DNA from: an uncultured Bacilli bacterium
Lineage (GTDB): Bacteria > Bacillota_I > Bacilli_A > RF39 > UBA660
Direction: 5' to 3'
Length of the DNA stretch: 64,000 nt
Assembly: GCA_947629815.1 (NCBI GenBank)
Contig: CANRFG010000001.1
Location: 27,468 to 91,467 of the forward strand
Part shown: in pieces, positions 33,039-43,076 of the stretch
Numbering within the stretch: position 1 is the stretch's first letter
Layout: the number at the start of each line of letters is the position of its first letter
Program-made: the position numbers and the translations under genes
The notes under the pieces: model-generated
Databases searched by the model: none
Told to the model about the DNA's origin: nothing
The model's input: only the letters and a program-made list of their open reading frames with translations

Positions 33039-35474
33039 ATGGATCATAGTAGAGATAGAAAACAAGAAAATAATATAGTTAATGAAGTAGAATCATCATT
33101 TCTAGAATATTCAATGAGTGTAATAGTTTCAAGAGCTTTACCAGATTTGCGTGATGGATTGAAACCTGTTCATCGTAGAATATTATGGTCAATGTATGAA
33201 TCAGGATATACACCAGATAAACCTCATAAAAAAAGTGCGAGAATCGTTGGAGATGTAATGGGAAAATATCATCCACATGGAGATTCTAGTATATATGAAG
33301 CTATGGTAAGAATGGCTCAGGATTTTAGTTATAGATATACTTTAGTAGATGGTCATGGTAACTTTGGAAATATTGAAGGATATGGCGCTGCTGCTATGCG
33401 TTATACAGAATCGCGTTTATCAAAAATATCTCTTGAATTATTAAGAGATATTAATAAAGATACTGTTGATTTTGTTCCAAATTTTGATGAATCTGAAAAA
33501 GAACCATCAATTTTACCATCAAAATTTCCAAATATATTAGTAAATGGAACAATGGGTATAGCAGTTGGTATGGCAACAAATATCCCACCACACAATTTAG
33601 GTGAAGTAATAGATGGCTGTATTGCATATATAGATAATCCAGAGATTGATACATTGGGATTAATGCAGTACATAAAAGGTCCTGATTTTCCAACAGGAGC
33701 AATTATTTTAGGAAATTCTGGTATAAGAAGAGCTTATGAAACAGGGCGTGGAACAATTACAATAAGAAGTAGAGCTACAATTGAAGAAAAAAATGGTAAA
33801 AATTACATTATTATTGATGAAGTTCCTTATGGAATAAATACATTAGAATTAAAAAATAAAGTAGCAGAATTAGTTCATAATAAAACAATTGATGGTATTG
33901 CAGATTATCATACTGATTTAAAAGATGGTGTAAAAATTACAATTACATTAAAGAAAGATGCAAATCCACAAGTAGTTTTAAATAATTTGTATAAGCACAC
34001 TTCATTTCAAATGAATTATGGAATAATATTTTTAATGCTTGATAATGGAGTTCCTAAGACATTACCATTAAAAGATATAATTGTAAAATATATTGATTAT
34101 CAAAAAGAAGTTATTATAAGAAGAACTAGATTTGATTTAGATAAAGCAGAGAAAAGAGTCCATATTTTACAAGGATATAAAATTGCACTTGATAACATAG
34201 ATGAAGTAATAGCAATTATAAAAGCTGCTAAAACTGATATAGAAGCAAAGGAAAAATTAATACAAAAATTTTCATTTACTGAAATACAAGCAGATAGTAT
34301 TCTTGAATTAAAATTGCGTAGATTAACAGGATTAGAAAGAGATAAAATAGAAGCTGAATTACAAGAACTATTGAAGTTGATAGAAGAATTAAAATCTATT
34401 TTAGCTAGTGAACAAAAAGTGCTTGATATAATAAAAGAAGAGTTAACAGAAATTAAAAATAAATATTCTGATGAAAGAAAAACAAGTATAGATATGACTT
34501 CAGTTGATTATATAGAAGATGAATCTTTAATTCCTGAAGAAGATATAATTGTTACATTAACTGATAAAGGTTATATAAAAAGAGTTAGTAATCAAACTTA
34601 TAAATCTCAAAATAGAGGTGGAGTAGGTATTAAAGGAATGTCTACAAATGAAGAAGATTTCGCTAAATATTTAGTGCCTATGAAAACTCATGATTATATA
34701 ATGTTCTTTACAAATAAAGGTAGAGTGTATAGGATTAAAGGTTATGAAATCCCAGAATATAGTAGACAATCTAAAGGTTTACCAATAATTAATTTATTAC
34801 CTATTGAAAAAGAAGAACATGTTACATCAATGTTATCTGTTGAAAAAGAAGATAAAAACGAATATATTGTATTTTGTACACAAAATGGTTTAGTTAAACG
34901 AACTAAGATTTCTAAGTTTGAAAATATTAGAAAAAATGGTAAACTTGCAATTACATTAAAGTATAACGATAATTTATTGTTTACTAAAAAAACAGATGGA
35001 AATAAAGAAATATTAATTGGTTCTTCTAATGGAAGAATGATTAGATTTAATGAAAATGAAATTAGAGTTATGGATAGAACAGCATCTGGTGTTAGAGGAA
35101 TTGATGTTGGTGATGGTGTATGTGTAGGTTGTGAGATTGCTGATAAGGGACAACAAGTGTTAGTAGTTACAGAAAAAGGTTATGGTAAAAGAACAGGTGT
35201 AGAAGAGTATAGAATTACCCATAGGGGCAGTAAAGGTGTAAAAGCATTAAATATAACAGATAAAAATGGAAATATTGTTTCATTTAAGTGTGTATATGGA
35301 AATGAAGATTTAATGATTATAACAGATAATGGAATAATTATTAGATTACCTTTGGAACAAGTATCTGTTTCTGGAAGAGTTGCCCAAGGTGTTAAGTTAA
35401 TTAATTTAAAGGATAATCAAAAAGTAACAACTGTTGCAACAGTTGAAAAAAATAATGAAGAAGAATCAGAATAA
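33039..35474 (+). CDS. gyrA: DNA gyrase subunit A
   Basis: [25 protein letters not shown], GyrA-box QNRGGVG. Confidence 0.98.
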   Translation: MDHSRDRKQENNIVNEVESSFLEYSMSVIVSRALPDLRDGLKPVHRRILWSMYESGYTPDKPHKKSARIVGDVMGKYHPHGDSSIYEAMVRMAQDFSYRYTLVDGHGNFGNIEGYGAAAMRYTESRLSKISLELLRDINKDTVDFVPNFDESEKEPSILPSKFPNILVNGTMGIAVGMATNIPPHNLGEVIDGCIAYIDNPEIDTLGLMQYIKGPDFPTGAIILGNSGIRRAYETGRGTITIRSRATIEEKNGKNYIIIDEVPYGINTLELKNKVAELVHNKTIDGIADYHTDLKDGVKITITLKKDANPQVVLNNLYKHTSFQMNYGIIFLMLDNGVPKTLPLKDIIVKYIDYQKEVIIRRTRFDLDKAEKRVHILQGYKIALDNIDEVIAIIKAAKTDIEAKEKLIQKFSFTEIQADSILELKLRRLTGLERDKIEAELQELLKLIEELKSILASEQKVLDIIKEELTEIKNKYSDERKTSIDMTSVDYIEDESLIPEEDIIVTLTDKGYIKRVSNQTYKSQNRGGVGIKGMSTNEEDFAKYLVPMKTHDYIMFFTNKGRVYRIKGYEIPEYSRQSKGLPIINLLPIEKEEHVTSMLSVEKEDKNEYIVFCTQNGLVKRTKISKFENIRKNGKLAITLKYNDNLLFTKKTDGNKEILIGSSNGRMIRFNENEIRVMDRTASGVRGIDVGDGVCVGCEIADKGQQVLVVTEKGYGKRTGVEEYRITHRGSKGVKALNITDKNGNIVSFKCVYGNEDLMIITDNGIIIRLPLEQVSVSGRVAQGVKLINLKDNQKVTTVATVEKNNEEESE

Positions 35475-35512
35475 TTCTTCTTTTTTATTTAATAATTTAA
35501 AAAGTTAATCAA

Positions 35513-35528
35513 TGTTTCACGTGAAACA
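35513..35528. promoter_or_regulatory. parS site 1
   Basis: Perfect TGTTTCACGTGAAACA. Confidence 0.97.
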
Positions 35529-35565
35529 TTGGTAGAAATAATAAAATAATTTAAAAAAAATTTGA

Positions 35566-35581
35566 TGTTTCACGTGAAACA
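35566..35581. promoter_or_regulatory. parS site 2
   Basis: Perfect TGTTTCACGTGAAACA. Confidence 0.97.
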
Positions 35582-35723
35582 TATAAAAATAAAAGTTATC
35601 CAAAAATATATTATGATTGGACAATTTGATAGAACAAAATAATATTGATAAATAATATTATTTTTTGTAAATAAAAGGGAAAGTCAGTGTTTTATTAAAT
35701 ATAAATATTAAAATAATATTCAA

Positions 35724-35739
35724 TGTTTCACGTGAAACA
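35724..35739. promoter_or_regulatory. parS site 3
   Basis: Perfect TGTTTCACGTGAAACA. Confidence 0.97.
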
Positions 35740-35784
35740 TATAATTTTCTTGATTTAAATAAAAAAATACTATATATTAATCAT

Positions 35785-35855
35785 GCACAGTAATTATATT
35801 TGAATCAGGTCAGAGTTGGAAAACAGCAGCCTTAAGAATCCCTAATTACGTGTGC
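35785..35855 (+). ncRNA. ffs: Signal recognition particle RNA, short (Alu-less) form
   Basis: TGAATC...TCAGA-GTT-GGAA-AAC-AGCAGC...TTAAG helix 8; closing stem GCACAGTAATTA/TAATTACGTGTGC; promoter TTGATT-17-TATATT and downstream T tract; next to tadA-dnaX. Confidence 0.88.
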
Positions 35856-35884
35856 TTTTTTTTGAAAAAAATGAGGTGGTTTAT

Positions 35885-36301
35885 ATTAATATTTATATGG
35901 AATTAGCAATAAAAGAAGCAAAAAAGGCTTATAAAAATGGTGATGTACCGATAGGAGCAGTTATTGTAAAAAATGGTAAAGTAATATCAAAAGCACATAA
36001 CAAAATAGAAAAGGATAATTGCGCAACTAAACATGCTGAAATTATTGCGATAGAAAAAGCAAGTAAGGTTCTAAAAACATGGAGACTTGATGATTGTGAG
36101 ATGTATGTAACAATGGAGCCATGTATGATGTGTACAGGTGCAATTGTACAAAGTAGAATAAAAAAAATATATTATTCTGTGGATAATGAGAATTTTGGGT
36201 ATATAAATAATATAGATACAAAGAAAATAAAAGTTAATAAAGGAATTGAAAAAGAAAAATCAATTCAATTATTAAGGGGATTTTTTAAGTCAAAAAGGTA
36301 A
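35885..36301 (+). CDS. tadA: tRNA adenosine deaminase (start codon uncertain)
   Basis: DVPIGAVIV, HAEIIAI, MEPCMMC. Confidence 0.92.
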   Translation: MNIYMELAIKEAKKAYKNGDVPIGAVIVKNGKVISKAHNKIEKDNCATKHAEIIAIEKASKVLKTWRLDDCEMYVTMEPCMMCTGAIVQSRIKKIYYSVDNENFGYINNIDTKKIKVNKGIEKEKSIQLLRGFFKSKR

Positions 36302-36347
36302 AAAATATAACAAATTAATGGTATAATATAAATAGTGAGGTGATAAT

Positions 36348-38024
36348 GTGTATCAAGCTTTATATAGAAAATATAGACCTGATAAACTTAGTGATGTTAT
36401 AGGTCAAAAAGTTATAGTTAATACTCTTATGAATTCAATAAGAAATAATAAAATAACTCATGCATACTTGTTTACAGGTCCAAGAGGAACAGGAAAAACA
36501 AGTATTGCAAAAGCATTTGCTAAATTAATTAATTGTGAATCGCCAAATGAATTGATTCCATGCGATAAATGTGTAAGTTGTACGCAAACTAACGCAAAAC
36601 AAAATACAGATATAATAGAAATAGATGCTGCATCAAATAATGGTGTAGATGAAATAAGGGAAATTAGAAATAAAGTTTTGTTAGTTCCTACTTATAGTAA
36701 GTATAAAATATATATAATAGACGAAGTTCATATGCTTACTACAGGTGCATTTAATGCACTATTAAAGACATTAGAAGAACCACCTGAACATGTTATCTTC
36801 ATATTGGCAACAACAGAGCCTCATAAAATACCAAGTACTATATTATCTAGGTGTCAAAGGTTTGATTTTCGAAAAATATCAGATGCCGATATAGTAGATA
36901 GATTAAGATATATATGTGAAAAAGAACAAGTTAAGATACAAGATAATGCGTTATTTGAAATTGCAAATTTAAGTGATGGAGGAATGCGTGATTCAATTAG
37001 TTTGCTTGACCAAGTTATATCATATGTAGATTCAGGAACTGAAATAACTGAAAATGATGTACACGATGTAAGTGGTACTTTAAATTTTGATAGTATGGTA
37101 GAATTTGCTAGTAACATATTAAATAAAAATTTAGAAAATACATTATCACTTTTAAAAACATATGATGAAAATGGTATAAATATTAAAAAATTCACAGAAC
37201 AATTAATAAAATTTTTTGAAGAAATAATTTTGAGTAAAGAAACACCAAATTATTTAAATTCTATTGTAAATAAGTCAGAAAAATTTGAAAATTTTAAAAA
37301 CATTGAAATAGAAACAATATTAGAATGTATTGAAATCTTAAACGATACATTATATAAATTATCAAATACAACAAATCCAAAAATATTATTAGAACTATCA
37401 TTGATTAGAATATTAGAAAAAATAAAACAAGAAAATGTTGTAGATGATGTTAAGATACCAATTAGAGAAGAAAAAAAGGTTATTTTAAAAGAAAATAACA
37501 ATATTGTGTCAAGTGTACACAAAGAAACACCAAACGATATAAAACAATATAAAATAAAGTCTTATGATATTTATAATAAATTTAAAAATCAAAGAATTAA
37601 TAATACTTTAGCTAATTTAAACAAAGCAAAAATAACAGAATTAAAAAAATTACTAGAAACATTAAAACCAAAAATATTAGGCTCTAATTATGGAAAAGAT
37701 GTATCATTATTATTAGATGCTCAAATAAAAGCAGCAAGCAACGAAGGAATGATATTAGTATTTGAAGAAAAATCATCATCAGAAAGTTTTAATGAGAATA
37801 TTCCACTTATAGAAAGTATAATGAAAAATGAATTAAAAAACGATATTAAAATGATATCAACATTTCTTGATGATTGGAATGTAATTAAAAATGAATTCAA
37901 TAGTAAACAAAAAAAATATGAATATGATTTTAATTTAATAAATGAAGAAGAAGTATTTGAAATTATTAAAACAAGTGAAAATGATATTCAAAATGAATTT
38001 AATGATTTCATAGAATATGTATAA
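36348..38024 (+). CDS. dnaX: DNA polymerase III gamma/tau
   Basis: YRKYRP, GPRGTGKT, EIDAASNNGVDEIR, IIDEVHML, SRCQRF. Confidence 0.97.
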   Translation: MYQALYRKYRPDKLSDVIGQKVIVNTLMNSIRNNKITHAYLFTGPRGTGKTSIAKAFAKLINCESPNELIPCDKCVSCTQTNAKQNTDIIEIDAASNNGVDEIREIRNKVLLVPTYSKYKIYIIDEVHMLTTGAFNALLKTLEEPPEHVIFILATTEPHKIPSTILSRCQRFDFRKISDADIVDRLRYICEKEQVKIQDNALFEIANLSDGGMRDSISLLDQVISYVDSGTEITENDVHDVSGTLNFDSMVEFASNILNKNLENTLSLLKTYDENGINIKKFTEQLIKFFEEIILSKETPNYLNSIVNKSEKFENFKNIEIETILECIEILNDTLYKLSNTTNPKILLELSLIRILEKIKQENVVDDVKIPIREEKKVILKENNNIVSSVHKETPNDIKQYKIKSYDIYNKFKNQRINNTLANLNKAKITELKKLLETLKPKILGSNYGKDVSLLLDAQIKAASNEGMILVFEEKSSSESFNENIPLIESIMKNELKNDIKMISTFLDDWNVIKNEFNSKQKKYEYDFNLINEEEVFEIIKTSENDIQNEFNDFIEYV

Positions 38025-38041
38025 GGAAAGAGGAGATTAAA

Positions 38042-38338
38042 ATGAATATGCAAGCTATGTTAAAACAAGCACAAAAATTACAAAAAGATATGATGGACGA
38101 AAAAAAGAAAATTGATGAAACTGTATTTACAGGAACTTCATCATTCGTAGAAGTAAAGGTTTTAGGTAATAAACAATTAGTTGAACTTAAAATTAATGAA
38201 AAAAATTTAACAGAAGAAGATATCGAAATGTTACAAGATATGATAGTTTTAGCTGTTAATGATGCAATGAAAAAAATTGACAAAGAAACAGAATCAAAAA
38301 TGGGAAAATATACACAAGGGTTACCAGGATTATTTTAA
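38042..38338 (+). CDS. ybaB: YbaB/EbfC nucleoid-associated protein
   Basis: MNMQAMLKQAQKLQ, DIEMLQDMIVLAVNDA; between dnaX and recR. Confidence 0.93.
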   Translation: MNMQAMLKQAQKLQKDMMDEKKKIDETVFTGTSSFVEVKVLGNKQLVELKINEKNLTEEDIEMLQDMIVLAVNDAMKKIDKETESKMGKYTQGLPGLF

Positions 38339-38940
38339 TGGGCTATCCAAGAACTGTAAATAACTTAATTGAATCTTTTAAAAAATTACCAGGAATTGGT
38401 GAAAAATCTGCAGAAAGAATGGCACTTTCAACTTTAGACTTAGACGAAGATGTAATCAAATTTTTTGCAGATAATCTTCTAGCAGTAAAAACAAAAATTA
38501 AAAGATGTTCAATTTGTAATAATTTATCAGAAGAAGAAAAATGTGATATTTGTACAGATAGTACAAGAAATAGTAACATATTGTGTATAGTAGAAGAACC
38601 AAAAAATGTTGTAACATTTGAAAAAGCAGGAGTTTTTAATGGTAAATATCATGTTTTAGGAGGTTTAATTTCTCCACTTGATGGAATAACACCTGATGAT
38701 ATTAACATTTCAACCCTTTTAGAAAGAGTAAAAAACGAAAATATAAAAGAAATAATAATAGCTGTAAAACCTAGTATAGAAGGAGAAACAACAGCATTAT
38801 ATATATCCAAAATTTTATCTAATACAGATGTAGTGATAACTAAAATCGCACATGGAGTTCCAATGGGAGCAGATATGGAATATTTAGATTCGTTGACACT
38901 TGAACTAGCTTTTGATAATAGAATGAAAATATCCGAATAA
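38338..38940 (+). CDS. recR: Recombination protein RecR
   Basis: LPGIGEKSAER, C4 zinc finger, YHVLGGLISP, IEGETTA. Confidence 0.97.
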   Translation: MGYPRTVNNLIESFKKLPGIGEKSAERMALSTLDLDEDVIKFFADNLLAVKTKIKRCSICNNLSEEEKCDICTDSTRNSNILCIVEEPKNVVTFEKAGVFNGKYHVLGGLISPLDGITPDDINISTLLERVKNENIKEIIIAVKPSIEGETTALYISKILSNTDVVITKIAHGVPMGADMEYLDSLTLELAFDNRMKISE

Positions 38941-38969
38941 AGTAATGAATTTAACATATTATTTATTGG

Positions 38970-39167
38970 GTGGACAAAATGATAAAGAAAATATTTAAAG
39001 TTTTAAAAAGATTAATATTAACATGCTTTTTGTTGTATGGTTATAATCTTATAGCTGCGCCTTTAGGTGTAATTATTCCAATAAATATTATTACACTAAC
39101 ATTTATTACATTATTTGGGGTACCTGCTCTTTGTGGGTTAATTGCCATATTTTTAATAGTTTTTTGA
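38970..39167 (+). CDS. bofA: Pro-sigmaK processing inhibitor BofA family protein
   Basis: YNLIAAPLGVIIPINIITLTFITLFGVPA pattern; downstream of recR as in Bacillus. Confidence 0.7.
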   Translation: MDKMIKKIFKVLKRLILTCFLLYGYNLIAAPLGVIIPINIITLTFITLFGVPALCGLIAIFLIVF

Positions 39168-39179
39168 TGAGGTGGGAGT

Positions 39180-40127
39180 ATGCTTGAATCTTATGTAGAT
39201 AGTCAACCTATCATATATAAAATGATAGTTAATTCAATACATAAAGATAGAATTTCACATGCATATTTGATAGAAACAAATTATAATCCTAAAGGTTTTG
39301 ATTTTGCTCTATCATTTGCTAAATTTTTATTGTGCCCATCAAATAAAACAAAAAATGACGATTGTGTTTCTTGTACACAATGTCATAGAATAGATGATAG
39401 ATGTTTCTCAGAACTCAAAATATTAAAAAGTGAAACATTGCAAATAAAAAAAGAACAAATAAATGATTTACAAAAAGAATTTAGTTTGAAATCAGTTGAA
39501 TCAAAAAGAAAAGTATATATAATAGAAGAAGCAGAAAAATTAAATGATTCATCATCTGCTTCCCTTTTAAAATTTTTAGAAGAACCAGAAGACAACATAG
39601 TTGCGATATTAATAACGCCAAATAAAAATTTATTATTAAGTACAATACTTTCTAGGTGTCAAGTTATATCAATGAAATCGAATCAAACTAATAAGCCAAC
39701 AATAGAAGAAGAATTATGTGATTTACTTTCAATAGGAGAAAATGAGAAATTGCAATTTCTACAAGATGAAAACAATAAATTAAAAATAGAAGGCGCAATT
39801 AAATTTTTGAAAATGATAGAAAATAAAGGTATTGATAGCATATTGTTTATAAATAAAAATTGGAGTAAAATATTTGCAAACAAAGAAGATTATTTATTTG
39901 CCTTTAATCTATTTATAATAATTTATAAAAGATTAATAGAAAGTAAATTAGGAATATATAAAGATTCATATGAACAATTACAAGAAGTAATAGAAAAAAA
40001 TACCATATCTTCTTTATGTTCAAAACTCGAATTAGTTTTATCATATAAAGAAAAAATAAAAGCAAATTTAAATTTAAACATGCTTATGGACAAGTTTATA
40101 ATAGAGATGGAGGATTTAAAATGTTAG
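39180..40127 (+). CDS. holB: DNA polymerase III delta prime
   Basis: ISHAYL, CVSCTQC, KVYIIEEAEKL, LLKFLEEP, TILSRCQ. Confidence 0.92.
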   Translation: MLESYVDSQPIIYKMIVNSIHKDRISHAYLIETNYNPKGFDFALSFAKFLLCPSNKTKNDDCVSCTQCHRIDDRCFSELKILKSETLQIKKEQINDLQKEFSLKSVESKRKVYIIEEAEKLNDSSSASLLKFLEEPEDNIVAILITPNKNLLLSTILSRCQVISMKSNQTNKPTIEEELCDLLSIGENEKLQFLQDENNKLKIEGAIKFLKMIENKGIDSILFINKNWSKIFANKEDYLFAFNLFIIIYKRLIESKLGIYKDSYEQLQEVIEKNTISSLCSKLELVLSYKEKIKANLNLNMLMDKFIIEMEDLKC

Positions 40128-40912
40128 AAGTAGCTGGAATTTCATTTAAAAAAAATGGACAAGTTTATTATTTTTTAAAACATAAATTTGATGTAAAAGA
40201 AAATAGTAATGTTATCGTAGAAACAGAACATGGTTTACAATATGGTATAGTAGTTAAACCATCAATAAAAATAAGTGAAAATAAAATTAAATCTCCATTA
40301 AAATCAATAGTTAGAATTGCTGATAGAGAAGATACAAAAGCAAATGAAAAAAATATAAAAGATGCTAGAATCGCACTAGAAAACGCAAGAAAAATTGCAG
40401 AAAAGTTAGATATGAAAATTTATTTAATAGATGCTATGTATACACTTGACCGAGATAAACTATTATTTAGATTTTTATCTGATTCAAGGGTAGATTTTAG
40501 AAACCTTGCTCGTGAGCTTGCAAGCAAATATAAAACAAGGATTGAACTAAGACAAATAGGAGCTCGTGATAAAGCAAAAGAAGTTGGTGGATGTGGACAA
40601 TGTGGTAGAAAGCTTTGTTGTAGTTCATTTTTAAATAATATGGATTCTGTATCCGTTAATATGGCAAAAAATCAAAATGTATCACTTAATCCAAATAAAA
40701 TAAATGGCTTATGTGGTAGATTACTATGTTGTCTTACTTATGAAGATGAAACTTATAGAATGTGTAAAAAAAATTTGCCTTCCATTGGACAAACTGTTAA
40801 AACAGATAAAGGTGAAGGAAAGGTTATTTCTGTTGATATTTTGAAACAGTCATACAAAGTTGAGGTAGAAAATAGTATAGTTGAGGTAGATAAAACTCAT
40901 GAAAGTAGTTAA
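40121..40912 (+). CDS. yaaT: RicT/YaaT PSP1-domain protein
   Basis: RVDFRNLARELA, RIELRQIGARD, GQCGRKLCC, GLCGRLLCCLTYE. Confidence 0.93.
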   Translation: MLEVAGISFKKNGQVYYFLKHKFDVKENSNVIVETEHGLQYGIVVKPSIKISENKIKSPLKSIVRIADREDTKANEKNIKDARIALENARKIAEKLDMKIYLIDAMYTLDRDKLLFRFLSDSRVDFRNLARELASKYKTRIELRQIGARDKAKEVGGCGQCGRKLCCSSFLNNMDSVSVNMAKNQNVSLNPNKINGLCGRLLCCLTYEDETYRMCKKNLPSIGQTVKTDKGEGKVISVDILKQSYKVEVENSIVEVDKTHESS

Positions 40913-41612
40913 TTATATACTAAAAGATATAAATATTGTACAAAATACACAAATGTTTAATTTTTCATTAGACTCTATACTCCTTCCTAATTTTGTTACA
41001 TTAAACAAAAACATAAAAAATATTTTAGATATAGGCTGTGGAAATGCTCCTATACCACTTATATTATCAACAAAAACAGATGCAAAAATAGTAGGGGTTG
41101 AAATACAAAAAGAAGTTTATGATTTAGCAGTTGAATCAGTAAATATAAATAAACTTCAAGATAAAATAGAGATAGTAAATGAAGATATAAATGAGTATTC
41201 TAAAAAATTTGATAGAGAAGTATTTGATGTAATAACATGTAATCCCCCATTTTTTAAAGTAAATGAAAATTCAAATTTTAAAAAAGATATATATAAAACA
41301 ATTGCTAGACATGAAATTACTTTAAAACTTTCAGATGTATTTAGAATATCTAGAAAATTGTTAAAAAATAATGGTGTTTTAGCTATGGTACATAGACCTG
41401 AAAGATTAGTTGAAATACTAGATGAAATGAAAAAGAACAATATAGAGCCTAAAAAGATTCAATTCGTTTATCCTAAAAAAAACATGTCTGCAAATATACT
41501 TTTAATTGAAGGAAAGAAAAATGGAAACCCTGGTTTAAAAATACTTCCTCCAATATATGCACATAATGATAATGGAGAATATACAGAAGATATTAAAAAA
41601 TTTTTTTATTGA
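40899..41612 (+). CDS. yabB: tRNA1(Val) A37 N6-methyltransferase (YabB/TrmN6)
   Basis: FSLDSILL, LDIGCGN, CNPPFF, ARHE, VHRPERL. Confidence 0.88.
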   Translation: MKVVNYILKDINIVQNTQMFNFSLDSILLPNFVTLNKNIKNILDIGCGNAPIPLILSTKTDAKIVGVEIQKEVYDLAVESVNINKLQDKIEIVNEDINEYSKKFDREVFDVITCNPPFFKVNENSNFKKDIYKTIARHEITLKLSDVFRISRKLLKNNGVLAMVHRPERLVEILDEMKKNNIEPKKIQFVYPKKNMSANILLIEGKKNGNPGLKILPPIYAHNDNGEYTEDIKKFFY

Positions 41613-41620
41613 GGTGAAAC

Positions 41621-42463
41621 ATGTCACAAAAAAGTTATAATAATACTCCCACTTTATATTTAGTTCCAACTCCAATAGGAAATATGGAAGATATAACAGT
41701 GAGGTCTTTAAATATACTTAAATCTGTAGAGGTAATTTTTTCAGAAGATACAAGAGTTACTTCTATTTTACTTAAACATTATGAAATTAATAAAAAATTA
41801 ATTTCTAACCATAATTATAATGAAGAAGAAAATAAAAACAAACTTGAAAAGTATTTAAAAGATGGATATGATGTCGCACTTGTTAGTGATAGAGGAACAC
41901 CCATAATAAGCGACCCCGGATTTGTACTTGCTAAATACGCAATTGATTTAGGGTATAATGTAGTTGGTTTGCCAGGTGCTACTGCTCTTATTCCCGCACT
42001 TATTATGTCTGGTCTTAATCCTATGCCTTTTCTATTTTATGGCTTTTTAAATAGCAAAGAAAGTAAAAGAAAAAAGGAATTAGAAAATTTAAAAATGCTT
42101 CCATATACTCTTATTTTTTATGAAGCACCACATAGGATAGATAAAACATTGATACAAATAAAAGAAGTGTTTGGGGATAGGAATATAAGCATTTCCCGGG
42201 AAATAAGTAAGAAATTTGAAGAAATATATCGTGGAAAAGTTAGTGAAGTTTTAAAACAAATGGTTGACATAAAAGGAGAACTAGTAATAGTAGTAGATGG
42301 TAATAAACAAGGGGAAAACTATGACAATTTGACAGTTATAGAACATGTAAACTCAATAGTAGCTATGGGTAATACATTAAAAGATGCAATTAAAATAGTT
42401 TCAGAAAAAAGAAATATTCCTAAAAAAGAAATTTATAATGAATATCATGGTATTAAAAAGTAG
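41621..42463 (+). CDS. rsmI: 16S rRNA C1402 2'-O-methyltransferase
   Basis: LYLVPTPIGNMEDIT, EDTR, SDRGTPIISDPG, YEAPHR, REISKKFEE. Confidence 0.96.
   Translation: MSQKSYNNTPTLYLVPTPIGNMEDITVRSLNILKSVEVIFSEDTRVTSILLKHYEINKKLISNHNYNEEENKNKLEKYLKDGYDVALVSDRGTPIISDPGFVLAKYAIDLGYNVVGLPGATALIPALIMSGLNPMPFLFYGFLNSKESKRKKELENLKMLPYTLIFYEAPHRIDKTLIQIKEVFGDRNISISREISKKFEEIYRGKVSEVLKQMVDIKGELVIVVDGNKQGENYDNLTVIEHVNSIVAMGNTLKDAIKIVSEKRNIPKKEIYNEYHGIKK
42190..42205. promoter_or_regulatory. Noc-binding site within rsmI
   Basis: CATTTCCCGGGAAATA contains the full 14-bp consensus ATTTCCCGGGAAAT. Confidence 0.75.
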
Positions 42464-43027
42464 GTGGCTAAAATGAGATTGATAGTTGGACTAGGAAATC
42501 CAGGAAAAGAATATGAAACAACAAGGCATAATATAGGATTCATGGTTTTAGATAATTATTTTAAATGTAAAAATTTAAAATTTTCTGATTCAAAATATAA
42601 TGGCATTTATACTAAAACAATAATAAATGGTGAAGATGTAATATTTTTAAAACCACAAAGTTACATGAATTTATCTGGTGAAGTTATAATTAAGTTTATA
42701 AATTTTTATAAAATACCTATTGATAATATATTTATAATACATGATGATTTAGATATAGAATGTGGAAAATATAAATTAAGATATAAAGGTAGTAGTGGTG
42801 GACATAATGGTTTAAAAAATATAGAACAAAATATTGGCACTCAAAACTATAAAAGACTTAGGATAGGTATATCAAATAATAAGTTAATAGATACTAAAGA
42901 TTATGTTTTAGGCAAAATAAGCAAAGAAGAGAAAGAAAAAATAGATGAGGTTATAGATAAATCTGTTAGTATTATAGATGATTATTTGAAAATGGAATTT
43001 GATAATTTAATGAATAAGTATAATTAA
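42464..43027 (+). CDS. pth: Peptidyl-tRNA hydrolase
   Basis: VGLGNPG, TRHNIGF, KPQSYMNLSG, HDDLD, GGHNG. Confidence 0.97.
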   Translation: MAKMRLIVGLGNPGKEYETTRHNIGFMVLDNYFKCKNLKFSDSKYNGIYTKTIINGEDVIFLKPQSYMNLSGEVIIKFINFYKIPIDNIFIIHDDLDIECGKYKLRYKGSSGGHNGLKNIEQNIGTQNYKRLRIGISNNKLIDTKDYVLGKISKEEKEKIDEVIDKSVSIIDDYLKMEFDNLMNKYN

Positions 43028-43076
43028 TCGTGGTACTTAAAAAGTATCACTTTTGTTGTTGAAAGGAGGAATTAAT

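Noticed and set aside
35801-35835. Apparently non-canonical SRP helix-8 loop
   Set aside because: On recount the sequence is GTT-GGAA-AAC, a normal 3-bp stem with a GNRA tetraloop.
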